From NCBI GenBank assembly GCA_028282025.1, contig JANQIT010000153.1:4570-68569 (forward strand): a DNA stretch of 64,000 bases, written 5' to 3'. Each line of letters begins with the position of its first letter. Positions within the stretch are counted from its first letter, which is position 1. A program made the translations under genes and the position numbers. Shown here piece by piece: positions 9,348-18,846 of the stretch. The notes under the pieces were generated by a model. It was given only the letters and a program-made list of their open reading frames with translations, did no database searches and was not told where the DNA came from. The stretch comes from Hwanghaeella sp. (GTDB lineage: Bacteria; Pseudomonadota; Alphaproteobacteria; UBA8366; Aestuariispiraceae).

Positions 9348-9986
9348 CTAGCGCCAGTCGCTCCTATGCGAATCGTCTCTCAGCGAAACTACGGATCGAT
9401 ATAATTCTTCCGTGAAACCGTCTCCATAACTTGCATAAGACAGCGTTTCTCCAACGAAAACATCGCAGAAAAAGGGAACGATCAAGCCTTCGCCCTTTGG
9501 CAAGGCTTTTCCCAACCCATGCAGATAAAGAGGACAGATGGGGACATTCGGGAACTTCTTCGCGATCAATCTGATGCCTTGCTTGAACTCGGGCTGCAGC
9601 TTCTCAGGTTCTCCCCTGGAGCCCTCCGGGAATAGGATCAGGATGTCGTTATTTCGCAGGCTTTCGAAGATTCCCGACAAGGGGTTTCCGCCTTTCGACC
9701 TTCTGTTTACCGGTACGATCCCGATGATCTGAGTGGCGAACCAGCCGAGCAACGGGTTGGTCAGGAAGTAATCCGAAGCGGCCGCCGGCCGGGCGCGATG
9801 GAGTTGTCGCAGCGGCAACAACGAGATCAGAACCAACGTATCCAAATGTGAGTTGTGATTGGCCACAATGATGGCGGGACCGCGCGTCGGTAACCGCTCC
9901 CAATTCCGTACATTCAGGCCCAGAAAAACAAAGACGAAGGGTCGAACCACGAAGGCGAAGAATGCAAACCTTAGTAACCTACTCAT
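9348..9986 (-). CDS. Lysophospholipid / 1-acyl-sn-glycerol-3-phosphate acyltransferase (PlsC family)
   Basis: NHNSHLD (HX4D) and FPEGSR motifs; ATGA overlap with the upstream ynbD-like gene. Confidence 0.9.
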   Translation of the reverse strand: MSRLLRFAFFAFVVRPFVFVFLGLNVRNWERLPTRGPAIIVANHNSHLDTLVLISLLPLRQLHRARPAAASDYFLTNPLLGWFATQIIGIVPVNRRSKGGNPLSGIFESLRNNDILILFPEGSRGEPEKLQPEFKQGIRLIAKKFPNVPICPLYLHGLGKALPKGEGLIVPFFCDVFVGETLSYASYGDGFTEELYRSVVSLRDDSHRSDWR

Positions 9987-11350
9987 GATGGTCTGCCTGT
10001 GTCGTGGAGGTCGCTGCGGACAACCAAGTGGTTTCTCAGATACTCCTCATACAAATCCAATGCTATAGACATGTAGGGGCGCGTAACGCGTTCAGGGCGG
10101 GCTTTGTCGACAATCTGCAAAGCCTGTTCCTTCGTTTTGCCGTTTCGCATCAGCCATGCGCATGCGGCGAGAACGCTCCGCGACATCCCGAGCGCGCAAT
10201 GTATATAGACGTTGCCCCCCGAACGGGCTGATTCAATCGACCGTGCGATGTCGTCCAGGGCTTTCGGGGCCGGAATGGCGATATCCAAAAGCGGCAAGTA
10301 CCGGTGTTCTTTTGCCTTGGGTGTTGTTCCTGAAAGCTCGGGAGCCAGATCGATCACAGTTTGGATGTTGTGCGGTTGAAGTTCGCTCCAGTCTTCGTTG
10401 CCTGGGCGTGCACCGATCCATAAACCCGGTGCGACATTTGCGCATAGTGGGACGCGCGACCGCCAGTACTTCCAGTTTAACCGGCTTCCTCCAAGATAGG
10501 GCCAGAAAAGTACCCAGCTAAGTATGGTGTATCCCGTTCCTGTCTTGCGAAGGAATCCGTTGAAGCCCAGTACATAGCTGCCGGCGACCAACAGAACCGA
10601 AACGGCGATCCAACCCAGCAAAATGGACCAGACACCCGCATTGAATGCGGCGATTGTGAACAGGACTGCGGCAGCCAGATATCTGAATGCCATGTGGAGA
10701 TGCCTTGGCGTAACAAAGTTCAGCGGCATGCGTGTTGGTTTGTTTTGTGGAACGAGCCAATAGACGGCGGCGACCACCCCGAATCCACCAATCACATCAA
10801 TGAAATGGTGCTGATAAACCAGCAATGTGGACGCCGCGATCAACAAAAACCAGATTGTTGTCGATATGAATCCGAAATTGATGGCGCGAAGAAAAATCAC
10901 ATGCCAGGCGATGAAGCCTAAACTGATGTGGAGTGAAGGGAACTGATTGTACGGCTGATCCAGGCTAAGCCAATCGAACCAAACCGATGTCCAGCCGCTT
11001 ACATCGGGCCGCGCAAAACTGAATTGTAGAGGCATCGCCAGAAAGAAGATGGCGGATATTGTGACGGCCAAACCGCACCGTACACCAAGTTTCTGGATGG
11101 ATATCCGTGTCGGAGCAAGCAGGAATGCGACGACGAAAACCACTATCGATGACATATAGGGAACGACGAACTCGGGAATGAAGGGAATCGCATGCTCCCA
11201 GTCCCAGAAGAGCGAGGGGTGCGGGGCTCTAAGGAAACTGATGTGGTTTGTGCTGCCGTAGACCAGATAGAAGAACAGCCCCAGCACAAGCGTCCAAAGT
11301 GCGCGCTCTTTGAACAATGGCTTTGCGTTGGGCGAGGCGTCGAAAGGCAT
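9983..11350 (-). CDS. ynbD: YnbD-like PAP2-type membrane domain fused to a dual-specificity phosphatase
   Basis: Multi-TM N-terminus with NQFPSLH and QHHFID motifs; C-terminal HCALGMSRS (CX5R) P-loop. Confidence 0.85.
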   Translation of the reverse strand: MPFDASPNAKPLFKERALWTLVLGLFFYLVYGSTNHISFLRAPHPSLFWDWEHAIPFIPEFVVPYMSSIVVFVVAFLLAPTRISIQKLGVRCGLAVTISAIFFLAMPLQFSFARPDVSGWTSVWFDWLSLDQPYNQFPSLHISLGFIAWHVIFLRAINFGFISTTIWFLLIAASTLLVYQHHFIDVIGGFGVVAAVYWLVPQNKPTRMPLNFVTPRHLHMAFRYLAAAVLFTIAAFNAGVWSILLGWIAVSVLLVAGSYVLGFNGFLRKTGTGYTILSWVLFWPYLGGSRLNWKYWRSRVPLCANVAPGLWIGARPGNEDWSELQPHNIQTVIDLAPELSGTTPKAKEHRYLPLLDIAIPAPKALDDIARSIESARSGGNVYIHCALGMSRSVLAACAWLMRNGKTKEQALQIVDKARPERVTRPYMSIALDLYEEYLRNHLVVRSDLHDTGRPS

Positions 11351-11377
11351 CGTTACATTCTCTACGATTGGATGGCT

Positions 11378-12343
11378 CTACGACTGAATGGGCGGTCCGT
11401 AGAACAGGTAAAATATGTAGTGAAAGAAGACCGGTGAACTGAATGTCAGGCTGTCCACCCGGTCTAGAATGCCGCCGTGGCCGGGGATAAAGTTGCTGGC
11501 GTCCTTCACGCCCAAGTCCCGCTTGATTGCGGAAAAAGTCACGTCGCCGATAAAGCCTGCAATCGCTATGATGGCACCTGCGGACAGGGCTTGAGCGTCG
11601 TTTAGAGGGGTTAGAAAAGGCGCCAGCAGGAACGCAGCCCCCGCCGTTGTTACAACGCCGCCGAGAAAGCCCGCCCAGGTCTTGCCCGGACTGACCGCTG
11701 GCATGATTTTCCGGCCGCCGATCGCCTTTCCCCAGCAGAATTGCGCAACATCGTTGAATTGGGTTAGGAGCACCAAAAACAGCAGAAGGCCGACGCTGCC
11801 CGCCACCGGGTTATCTATCTTGGGCAGTGAAAGAAGGTAGGCGGCGTGGCTGAGGCTGAAGACCGTGAGCATCAATCCCCAATGCAAGGTTCCCGCCGCG
11901 CGCAGAAACCCGTCCGTTGCACCGATCGTCAACATGCGCAACGGTAGGAATAGGAATATCCAAACTGGAATGAAGATGATGAACATTCCGTACCAATAGT
12001 CATACACCCAATAGAATTGCAGCGGGATCGATAGGTACGCCCAGAACAGAACGCGGCGGTCCGCTCGTCTGGTCGGGATCAAAGACAGATATTCCTTGAG
12101 CGCAAGAAAGCTCACAAATCCCAAAAAGGCGATAGCGGCGCTACGATCCAATAGGATTGCGGCCGCAAAGATCGTTATGATGACCCACCAGGAATTCGTT
12201 CTTTTGGTAAGCTCGGAGAAATCCCTCTCAGGCTTTACCTTCTTCAGGGACCGAATAACCACGGTTGCAAAAACCAGAACGCCGTATACCCCGGCCAGTA
12301 CAAGAGCAACGGCGCTGGGAATGTCGGGAATGATGTCCATCAT
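11378..12343 (-). CDS. ynbB: Phosphatidate cytidylyltransferase, YnbB/CdsA family
   Basis: SPGKTWAG, KRDLGVKD, PGHGGILDRVDS motifs; multi-TM. Confidence 0.9.
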   Translation of the reverse strand: MMDIIPDIPSAVALVLAGVYGVLVFATVVIRSLKKVKPERDFSELTKRTNSWWVIITIFAAAILLDRSAAIAFLGFVSFLALKEYLSLIPTRRADRRVLFWAYLSIPLQFYWVYDYWYGMFIIFIPVWIFLFLPLRMLTIGATDGFLRAAGTLHWGLMLTVFSLSHAAYLLSLPKIDNPVAGSVGLLLFLVLLTQFNDVAQFCWGKAIGGRKIMPAVSPGKTWAGFLGGVVTTAGAAFLLAPFLTPLNDAQALSAGAIIAIAGFIGDVTFSAIKRDLGVKDASNFIPGHGGILDRVDSLTFSSPVFFHYIFYLFYGPPIQS

Positions 12344-12957
12344 TTCGCCCGGCCCTCAGCTTCCTTAAGCGCCTTGGAACCGCGACGCCACAGGGTCAGG
12401 ATGGATAAAAACACCATCGCCCCCAGATACAAGGTTGCCCAATCTTCCTGGAAAATGCCAAGGCCCAGAAGCACCCCCAACAGCCCGAAAGCGAAGGCCC
12501 TGTCGCTCTTGCCGAAGGGGCCGTCATATCTGCGGGAAGCGCCGATCTGGATGGCGATAACGCCCATCATCTCAATCATGACGGCCAGTATGACAACGGC
12601 CGCAGCGCCCGATGCAGGAACGACCGGAACCAGCGCTAGGGGAAGATACAGAACGGTATCGGAAATGACGTCGCCGATTTCGTTCAGGATGGCGCCGAGA
12701 CGGCTTTTCATGCGGAACTCTCTGGCGAGCATGCCGTCGATGGCGTTGAGCGCCATCCTGACGAACAAGACTACCGGCAACAGGAAAAGCGGCCACGACC
12801 GCTCTGGGAACAAAGCGATGCAGATACCGGCAAATGCGCTCATCAGAATGGCTGCGACTGTGACTTGGTTCGCTGTAACGCCCAGATTTGCAAGGACGCC
12901 GCAAACAGGCCGTAAAACTACCTGAAACCTTGGCTTCAAACCATAGATGCTTACCAA
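12340..12957 (-). CDS. ynbA: CDP-alcohol phosphatidyltransferase, YnbA-like
   Basis: SIYGLKPRFQ N-terminus, DGMLARE..GAILNEIGD motif, YDGPFGKSDR; TTG start with AGGAGG RBS. Confidence 0.88.
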   Translation of the reverse strand: MVSIYGLKPRFQVVLRPVCGVLANLGVTANQVTVAAILMSAFAGICIALFPERSWPLFLLPVVLFVRMALNAIDGMLAREFRMKSRLGAILNEIGDVISDTVLYLPLALVPVVPASGAAAVVILAVMIEMMGVIAIQIGASRRYDGPFGKSDRAFAFGLLGVLLGLGIFQEDWATLYLGAMVFLSILTLWRRGSKALKEAEGRAK

Positions 12958-13083
12958 GCCAAACCTCCTGCGGCAGGTGCAAATGCAATCGCTAATAGAA
13001 AACTCGTTGGGGGTAAAGTCAGATTAGTGTAAGACGCCCAGGGTAACGAGAAGATCGCGTGAACTGCGGGGTTGAGAGCCTTA

Positions 13084-14829
13084 ATGCATGCTGTAAGTGA
13101 GAACACTTTCCGAAGCTGGGATGAGATTGAACTCTTTTATCGTTTCTGGAAGCCACAGAAAAAGTCGAATAAGGCTGTTATCCTGTTTCATCGTGGTCAC
13201 GAGCATTCGGGGCGTTGGCAGGACGTGATTGAGAAACTGAACCTGCCCGATTTCAATTTCTTTGCATGGGATGCACGCGGCCATGGTCGGTCACCCGGGG
13301 AGAGAGGGTATGCGGAGAGCTTTGGCGGCATCGTAAAGGATGTCGATACATTCGTGCGCCATGTGTCTGAAGAGTACGGAATTCCTTACAAGAACATCGT
13401 TGTGATGGCTCATAGTGTGGGGAGCGTCGCCGTTGGCGCATGGGCCCATGATTACGCGCCGCCGATCCGTGGTTTGGTCCTGGGAAGTCCGGCATTGCGT
13501 GTTCGTCTATATGTTCCTTTCGCCGTGCCGGGGCTTCGTTTGCTCCAGAAAATTCGTGGTAAAGCCTTCATATCAAGCTATGTGAAGGGCAGGCTTCTAA
13601 CCCATGACCCGGAAAAAATCCGGTCTTACGATGAAGATCCGCTCATCACGCCGAATATAGCCGTAAACATCCTGCTGGGCCTTTATGACGCGGGAACAAG
13701 GTTGATCCGAGATGCCGGGGCCATCACCTTGCCGGTTCTCGTCCTGACGTCGGGTGCGGACTTTGTGGTGAAGCAGTCGGCGCAGCGCTCGTTCTACAAC
13801 GGGCTAGGGAACCTTCGGAAAGAAATGCAGACCTTCCCGGGCTTCTTCCACGATACATTCAACGAGAAAGATAGCCATCTCCCAATCGCGAAGGCGCGAA
13901 TGTTCATACAGGATTTATTCGAGCGGCCGTCGGACCAGCAAGATTTGTCCGGGGCGGATGCGGCCGGATACACCAGACGGGAACATGAGAAGCTTAGCGA
14001 ACCTCTCCCTTTCTTCTCTCCAAAGGGCATTGGGTTCGCGGTAACTCGCTTCCTGATGAAGAAGGTGGGCTGTCTCAGTGGCGGCATCCGTATCGGTTGG
14101 AAATATGGTTTCGATGCCGGGACCATGCTTGACTATGTGTATCGGAACAGAGCCACGGGTATTACGCCGCTTGGCAGATTCATAGATCGCCAATATCTCG
14201 ATAGCCCGGGATGGGTGGGGATTCGCCAGCGAAAGTTCAATCTGGAGAAGCTGTTAAACCGGACGATTCAGGATTTGCTGGCAAATGATCGCGATGTCCG
14301 AATTGTAGATGTCGCCACAGGTCACGGCCGCTATGTTCTCGACGCCATCAAATCGCATGGCGGCAAACCGGTTTCCGCCCTTTTGCGCGATTACAGCGAT
14401 GTGAATATCGATGCAGGCGTGAAACTGGCCAAGGAATACGGGTTGGGCGATGTTGTCGCATACAGGCAGGGGAACGCTTTTGAGAAATCGTCCTTAGCTG
14501 AAATAGACAACAGTCCGAACATCGGCATCGTCTCCGGCCTGTTTGAATTGTTTCCCGACAATACGTCGGTGCGCGAAACACTCAACGGCCTGTATGCCGC
14601 TTTGGAAAAAGACGGATATCTCATCTACACAAATCAACCCTGGCACCCTCAGCTTGAGTTCATCGCCCGCGTTCTGACCAGCCACAAGGATGGCAAATCA
14701 TGGGTTATGCGCCGGCGCACTCAACAAGAGATGGATCAATTGGTAGAGAATGCCGGTTTCCGCAAGGTTGCGATGGAAATCGACGAAGAGGGTATATTCT
14801 CCGTCTCTTTGGCTCGAAAAATTGGTTGA
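13084..14829 (+). CDS. ynbC: YnbC-like fusion of an alpha/beta hydrolase (lysophospholipase type) and a class I SAM methyltransferase
   Basis: HRGHEHSGR, ARGHGRS, AHSVG nucleophile elbow, GFFHD; C-terminal VDVATGHGRY SAM motif, QPWHPQ, WVMRRR. Confidence 0.88.
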   Translation: MHAVSENTFRSWDEIELFYRFWKPQKKSNKAVILFHRGHEHSGRWQDVIEKLNLPDFNFFAWDARGHGRSPGERGYAESFGGIVKDVDTFVRHVSEEYGIPYKNIVVMAHSVGSVAVGAWAHDYAPPIRGLVLGSPALRVRLYVPFAVPGLRLLQKIRGKAFISSYVKGRLLTHDPEKIRSYDEDPLITPNIAVNILLGLYDAGTRLIRDAGAITLPVLVLTSGADFVVKQSAQRSFYNGLGNLRKEMQTFPGFFHDTFNEKDSHLPIAKARMFIQDLFERPSDQQDLSGADAAGYTRREHEKLSEPLPFFSPKGIGFAVTRFLMKKVGCLSGGIRIGWKYGFDAGTMLDYVYRNRATGITPLGRFIDRQYLDSPGWVGIRQRKFNLEKLLNRTIQDLLANDRDVRIVDVATGHGRYVLDAIKSHGGKPVSALLRDYSDVNIDAGVKLAKEYGLGDVVAYRQGNAFEKSSLAEIDNSPNIGIVSGLFELFPDNTSVRETLNGLYAALEKDGYLIYTNQPWHPQLEFIARVLTSHKDGKSWVMRRRTQQEMDQLVENAGFRKVAMEIDEEGIFSVSLARKIG

Positions 14830-15173
14830 TGCGGCAGGGTCGCTTATCGGGCTCCAGCTAGTAGTTACAAACTGTAAGTAAATACTCTTCGCCGGCTCCA
14901 TCGCTATCGGTTGAAAATCCTTAAGGATGCATGACGTGAGACCGGCGTCCGGTTAGGACAGGAACTCGATGCGGCCATCGCTCAGCATGGCAGGTTCATT
15001 GAATGTGAAGGATCGTCGCGCCGGTGGCGCGGCGGAAGCCCCGGCGATCAGATCATCGGGACCTTGAAGGAGTAGGAGGCAAGGTAGAAGGCAGCAGATG
15101 TTTGGCACCGCATCCATGGCATGCGGCAACTGTCAGGTAATTCCCGAGGCTGTACAGTGATGGGAACACCACG

Positions 15174-16184
15174 TTAGCCCGGACGGAACGGAGTACCAGA
15201 AAGCGCAACATCTACGCTTTTATAGTCCCTTAACATCCCGAGCACCTTTGACTTAATTCGTTGTTGATCAGGATGAGGGCCGATAATTACACGCTTGATT
15301 GGAAGGTGTCGTTGGATACCCGAACCAAACAGAACTATGCGTTCCTTGCTGCCATCCTTAATGATCTCCTTTGGAGGCGGTAGAGACGCCGGATCACTCG
15401 CGCATTCGTAGTGCGCTTTGGTCCACGGATATGCAACAAGGCGGACTTCTCGTTCATCAACGAATGCCTCATGCTTGTAGCGCGTTGCAGTCGAAATCAA
15501 CGCTTCTATAAAGGTTGAGGTAACGTCGAAGCCGTTAGGTTCTTCGAAAAGAGTCATAACACTTCGATTGAACAGCTCTAAGAAATCTGGAAATTCCTCG
15601 ACGAAACGGTTTGATTGATTAGCATACACTACGTCGCCAAGTTGCAAAGTGCTGTACTGATGCAGTTCGGATTCTCTCTTCATACAATCTTCGAGTTGAA
15701 CTGTATCGAAGACGATAGATACTCCCTCACTACCTTCGGCAGCACCGCTGTAGCCATACCACATGCTGAGAAGCCCGTGCTTGGCGGCATATGCATCTCC
15801 CGCCTCGCAGTGACTACAGAATGATGTGATGTAGGGCGGAAAGCTCGCTGTTGCGTCTCGACCGCCGAAAGTAACGTCAAAAATTACGCCCAAAGCCTTC
15901 CGTGTTTCATACTCGGCGAGTTTCTGAATGGAACCGAAACGTCTTTTTACCTTCTTAAACGCTGTCTTATTGGAACGATCATTGCTAACGCGTTTTACCA
16001 AACGCTTCACCAGCGGAAGGAGCGTCTCGAAAAGCTTTTCGCGAATATGAGTGACTTCCGTGGAGTCGTTAAGGACTTTAAAGTCCCGAGCCCAAAGAGC
16101 ATTGGACTGGACTATCGCGTCTAGTCCGGCCATCGAAGTATAGTGGTGAAGCTCTGGGTGTTTCCCCGATGTCTTCATGCTCAA
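15174..16184 (-). CDS. DUF2971-type protein
   Basis: HYTS..GL..I, LND..E, YITSFC, LLSMW.GY, GVSIVFD, KHEAF..EREVRL, IKRVIIGP pattern; visibly more AT-rich than the flanks. Confidence 0.75.
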   Translation of the reverse strand: MSMKTSGKHPELHHYTSMAGLDAIVQSNALWARDFKVLNDSTEVTHIREKLFETLLPLVKRLVKRVSNDRSNKTAFKKVKRRFGSIQKLAEYETRKALGVIFDVTFGGRDATASFPPYITSFCSHCEAGDAYAAKHGLLSMWYGYSGAAEGSEGVSIVFDTVQLEDCMKRESELHQYSTLQLGDVVYANQSNRFVEEFPDFLELFNRSVMTLFEEPNGFDVTSTFIEALISTATRYKHEAFVDEREVRLVAYPWTKAHYECASDPASLPPPKEIIKDGSKERIVLFGSGIQRHLPIKRVIIGPHPDQQRIKSKVLGMLRDYKSVDVALSGTPFRPG

Positions 16185-16383
16185 TGATACCGCGATTTAT
16201 CCTCAGAGTGTATCGCGTTTTGGAACAGATAAAGACAAACAATACCGCGGGTAGCTTATTTCGGATCTGAAGGCACCGATCACTGTTACGCAAAAAATTC
16301 TAAGAAAATAAGATTTTCTGCGACAATTTTTCGATATCGCTACACAATCGTTCCACAGAAAATTAGTCTAGATCTATTAACGA

Positions 16384-16598
16384 ATAACATGTTGATTTTA
16401 AAGAAGATGGTGGTGGGTGGAGGCAGGCGCGAACTCGTCTCTGGCGCGAATTCCCTGTAATACAGAGAAAATACTGGGAAAGTGTGGTCTTAGGGCCGCG
16501 AGAGTGGAGGAATTTGTCTGTTAAGTCCCATGGACGTTTAACATAAACGCGACGCATGGAAGTTCTGAAACAGGGAAGATCACTTATCGAACAGGGAA
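16384..16598 (-). mobile_element. Putative attachment-site relic (tRNA-3'-end-like sequence plus ACAGGGAA repeats)
   Basis: Minus strand 16442-16408 reads AGAGACGAGTTCGCGCCTGCCTCCACCCACCACCA (GTTCG..CCA) next to an AT-rich TGTTGATTTTAAA tract; TTCCCTGT at 16451, ACAGAGAA at 16462, ACTGGGAA at 16473, ACAGGGAA at 16570 and 16591. Confidence 0.45.
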
Positions 16599-16708
16599 CT
16601 AAGGTGGCGCGATTGGAGCTGCGTCGATGTCTTCCGATGCTGGCGTTCAGCTCCGTAATGTCTAACTTGGCCAACTGTTTGAATCATATCCAAGGCTTCA
16701 TGAGCAGC

Positions 16709-18112
16709 TTACGGGGTACCAGTTAGGTCTTTTGTTCGGATACTAGCGGCCATTTGTATGTCTTCAGCGGGCCGGATTGACAATTGGCAGACTGGTTGGA
16801 CCCGATCGGGTGCCACTGACGTAAATTCGAACCTATCGATAAGGCGCGCCAAAATCAGCGTCGCCTCCATCATAGCAAAAGATGAGCCGACACAGACTCG
16901 TGGCCCAAGACCGAAAGGAATGAAGGCACCGGACGTGAAGCGATTCTCGGTGTCACGTTCGAATCGCGTTGGATCAAATCGATCGGGATTACGCCACAAA
17001 GCGTGATGACGGTGCAGGATATAGGGGGAGACGATCACCATGGTGCCACGCTGGATCCGGAGCCCACCGAGTTCGGTATCGTTGAGGCTGACCCTGGGTA
17101 TGAATCCCAACGGGGGATAGAGGCGAAGCGCTTCCAGGAACGCGTTGCGTGTCTTCGAAAGACGTTTGACCGTCTCGAACGTCACAGCACCGTCTTGTTT
17201 CAGGTCTTCAATCTCCCGCCGCAGTTCGGCGACGTGGTCAGGCTGCTGCGAAAGGATGAAGAAACACCACGTCAGCACACTCGCCGTCGTTTCGTGACCC
17301 GCAATAAAAAACACCGCGATCTGATCGGCTGCCTCGTCTAAGCCAAAACGGTCACCCGAGTCGGGATCTTTCGCCGTTAGGATATCTTCGCAAATATCGT
17401 TGAAGCCTGTTGCGGTCCCGGAGGTTCGTTCGGCCACCATTTGGTCGATGTGCTGACGAATGACCGCTGCAGACGTCGCAACCGCCGTGGATTGGGGCGG
17501 CGTGTCCCAGGCGCGGCGTAAGATCAATTGGGACAGGCGTATCTCGGATACGGAGCGTTGAAACGTCGCCCACGCGTCGAAAAACTGAGCAGCCTTGTTG
17601 TCCTCCAGCGATTTCGAGAAGATCGTTCTGAAAACAATATCCGCGGTGAGTTGGGCGAGCATACGGTCAAGATTGAAGGGCTCGCCTCGGCGGACATTCG
17701 CAGTGAGGCGATCCTCGCAGGTGTCGACGGCCTGTTGCATTTTCTCGAACGCCGTCTGAACGCGGATATGGGAAAAGGCCGGCTCGACGAGGTTTCGCTG
17801 ACGTCTCCAAACCTCATGCGAAGACACAAATAGGCCGTCGTTGATCAATGGGGCGAGAGCATTGACCATAAGGTCGTTCTTTGGAAAGGCATCGACTTCG
17901 TCGACCATGACTTGCCGGACGAGTGCCGGATCTGCGATCAACACGATGCCCCGCCGTGAGAGGCCGAACCGCTCGACCTTTGTGTGATAGGCAGTATCCG
18001 GTATCAGCTTCAAGAGATCCCGGTCCAGCGTAAAGATGCTTCGAAGCAAAGCGGGCACTGCGCCGATTGGCGTCGGCGCAGGCGGCCGGTAGAGATTTCC
18101 AGGTTCGCTCAC
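16709..18112 (-). CDS. Cytochrome P450
   Basis: I-helix FIAGHETTA, K-helix EALR, FDPTRF, heme motif FGLGPRVCVG; in-frame GTG at 18112 overlaps the crtA stop (GTGA), giving 467 aa. Confidence 0.95.
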   Translation of the reverse strand: MSEPGNLYRPPAPTPIGAVPALLRSIFTLDRDLLKLIPDTAYHTKVERFGLSRRGIVLIADPALVRQVMVDEVDAFPKNDLMVNALAPLINDGLFVSSHEVWRRQRNLVEPAFSHIRVQTAFEKMQQAVDTCEDRLTANVRRGEPFNLDRMLAQLTADIVFRTIFSKSLEDNKAAQFFDAWATFQRSVSEIRLSQLILRRAWDTPPQSTAVATSAAVIRQHIDQMVAERTSGTATGFNDICEDILTAKDPDSGDRFGLDEAADQIAVFFIAGHETTASVLTWCFFILSQQPDHVAELRREIEDLKQDGAVTFETVKRLSKTRNAFLEALRLYPPLGFIPRVSLNDTELGGLRIQRGTMVIVSPYILHRHHALWRNPDRFDPTRFERDTENRFTSGAFIPFGLGPRVCVGSSFAMMEATLILARLIDRFEFTSVAPDRVQPVCQLSIRPAEDIQMAASIRTKDLTGTP

Positions 18113-18813
18113 CGGGCTTCCAACAGCAAGGCTGGATCGGCCCCATTCCATTGCCCATCCAAATCCAAGATCGAGAAGCGGGTGAACAGTTGTTCGCTGA
18201 ACCAACCGTCCCGGTTCACGGCCCGAATCGCTTCGCCGTGCCATTCGCTGTGGGCGAACTGGCTTATTGCTTCAGTCTCGTTCCAGACAGTGAATGTGAC
18301 CTGATGGAACCACGGGACCTCTCCCAGCCCGGCCATGAAGGCGATCTTGTCCTCCGTTTCCGCTGTAGCGCTGATTTTGGGAACACGGGACCAGAAGGAC
18401 AGCAGGTGCCTTGGCCGGATTGTCGCGCGCGTGAGAACCGCAATCGCGCCGGTATTCTCATCTCTATCCACAACTTCGAAAGGCGCGATGCCGGACCACT
18501 CGCCGCGGCTTCGTTGTGCCAAAAGGTAGAAGGTGCAGAATTCGCTTGCCCGCGCTTCAAACCGGCCAAAGACAGGGGCGGTCGCGATACCGTGCTTTGC
18601 AGATTTGAGCGACGGCCAAGTCGCCAGAACGGCCCAAACCGAAAAATTGGGATACGGATGAAAGCCGGCATGCGAACCGGTTCCCAAAAGCTTGAAAAAC
18701 CCGACCTCCGGTATTCGCCGCAATGGACCGCGCGCCGCGAGCATCTGAGTAAACATCCAAATCATGTCGCCCAAACTCGAAAACCGGTAAAATGAGAGGG
18801 ACACAGTCTGCAT
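18109..18813 (-). CDS. crtA: Spheroidene monooxygenase
   Basis: QTVSLSFYRF, FFKLLGTG..GFHPYPN, AVLTRATIR, FW..VP.IS, GLGEVPWFHQVTFTVW, HGEAIRAV..GWFSEQLFTRF; divergent from bchI. Confidence 0.92.
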   Translation of the reverse strand: MQTVSLSFYRFSSLGDMIWMFTQMLAARGPLRRIPEVGFFKLLGTGSHAGFHPYPNFSVWAVLATWPSLKSAKHGIATAPVFGRFEARASEFCTFYLLAQRSRGEWSGIAPFEVVDRDENTGAIAVLTRATIRPRHLLSFWSRVPKISATAETEDKIAFMAGLGEVPWFHQVTFTVWNETEAISQFAHSEWHGEAIRAVNRDGWFSEQLFTRFSILDLDGQWNGADPALLLEAR

Positions 18814-18846
18814 ATGCGATCGTCACTCATAGGTGTCAGTGTGGTG

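Noticed and set aside
14830-15173. Possible gene fragment or sRNA between ynbC and the DUF2971-type gene
   Set aside because: No identifiable motif or stable structure by eye
16408-16480. Intact tRNA gene
   Set aside because: Only a degenerate T-loop/CCA-like end; no cloverleaf can be folded
16363-16674. 103-aa minus-strand ORF
   Set aside because: Runs through the repeat-rich att-like relic, starts with TTG and has non-protein-like composition
18113-18244. 44-aa N-terminal extension of the P450 given by the ORF track
   Set aside because: Overlaps the conserved crtA C-terminus; the coupled GTG at 18112 is more parsimonious
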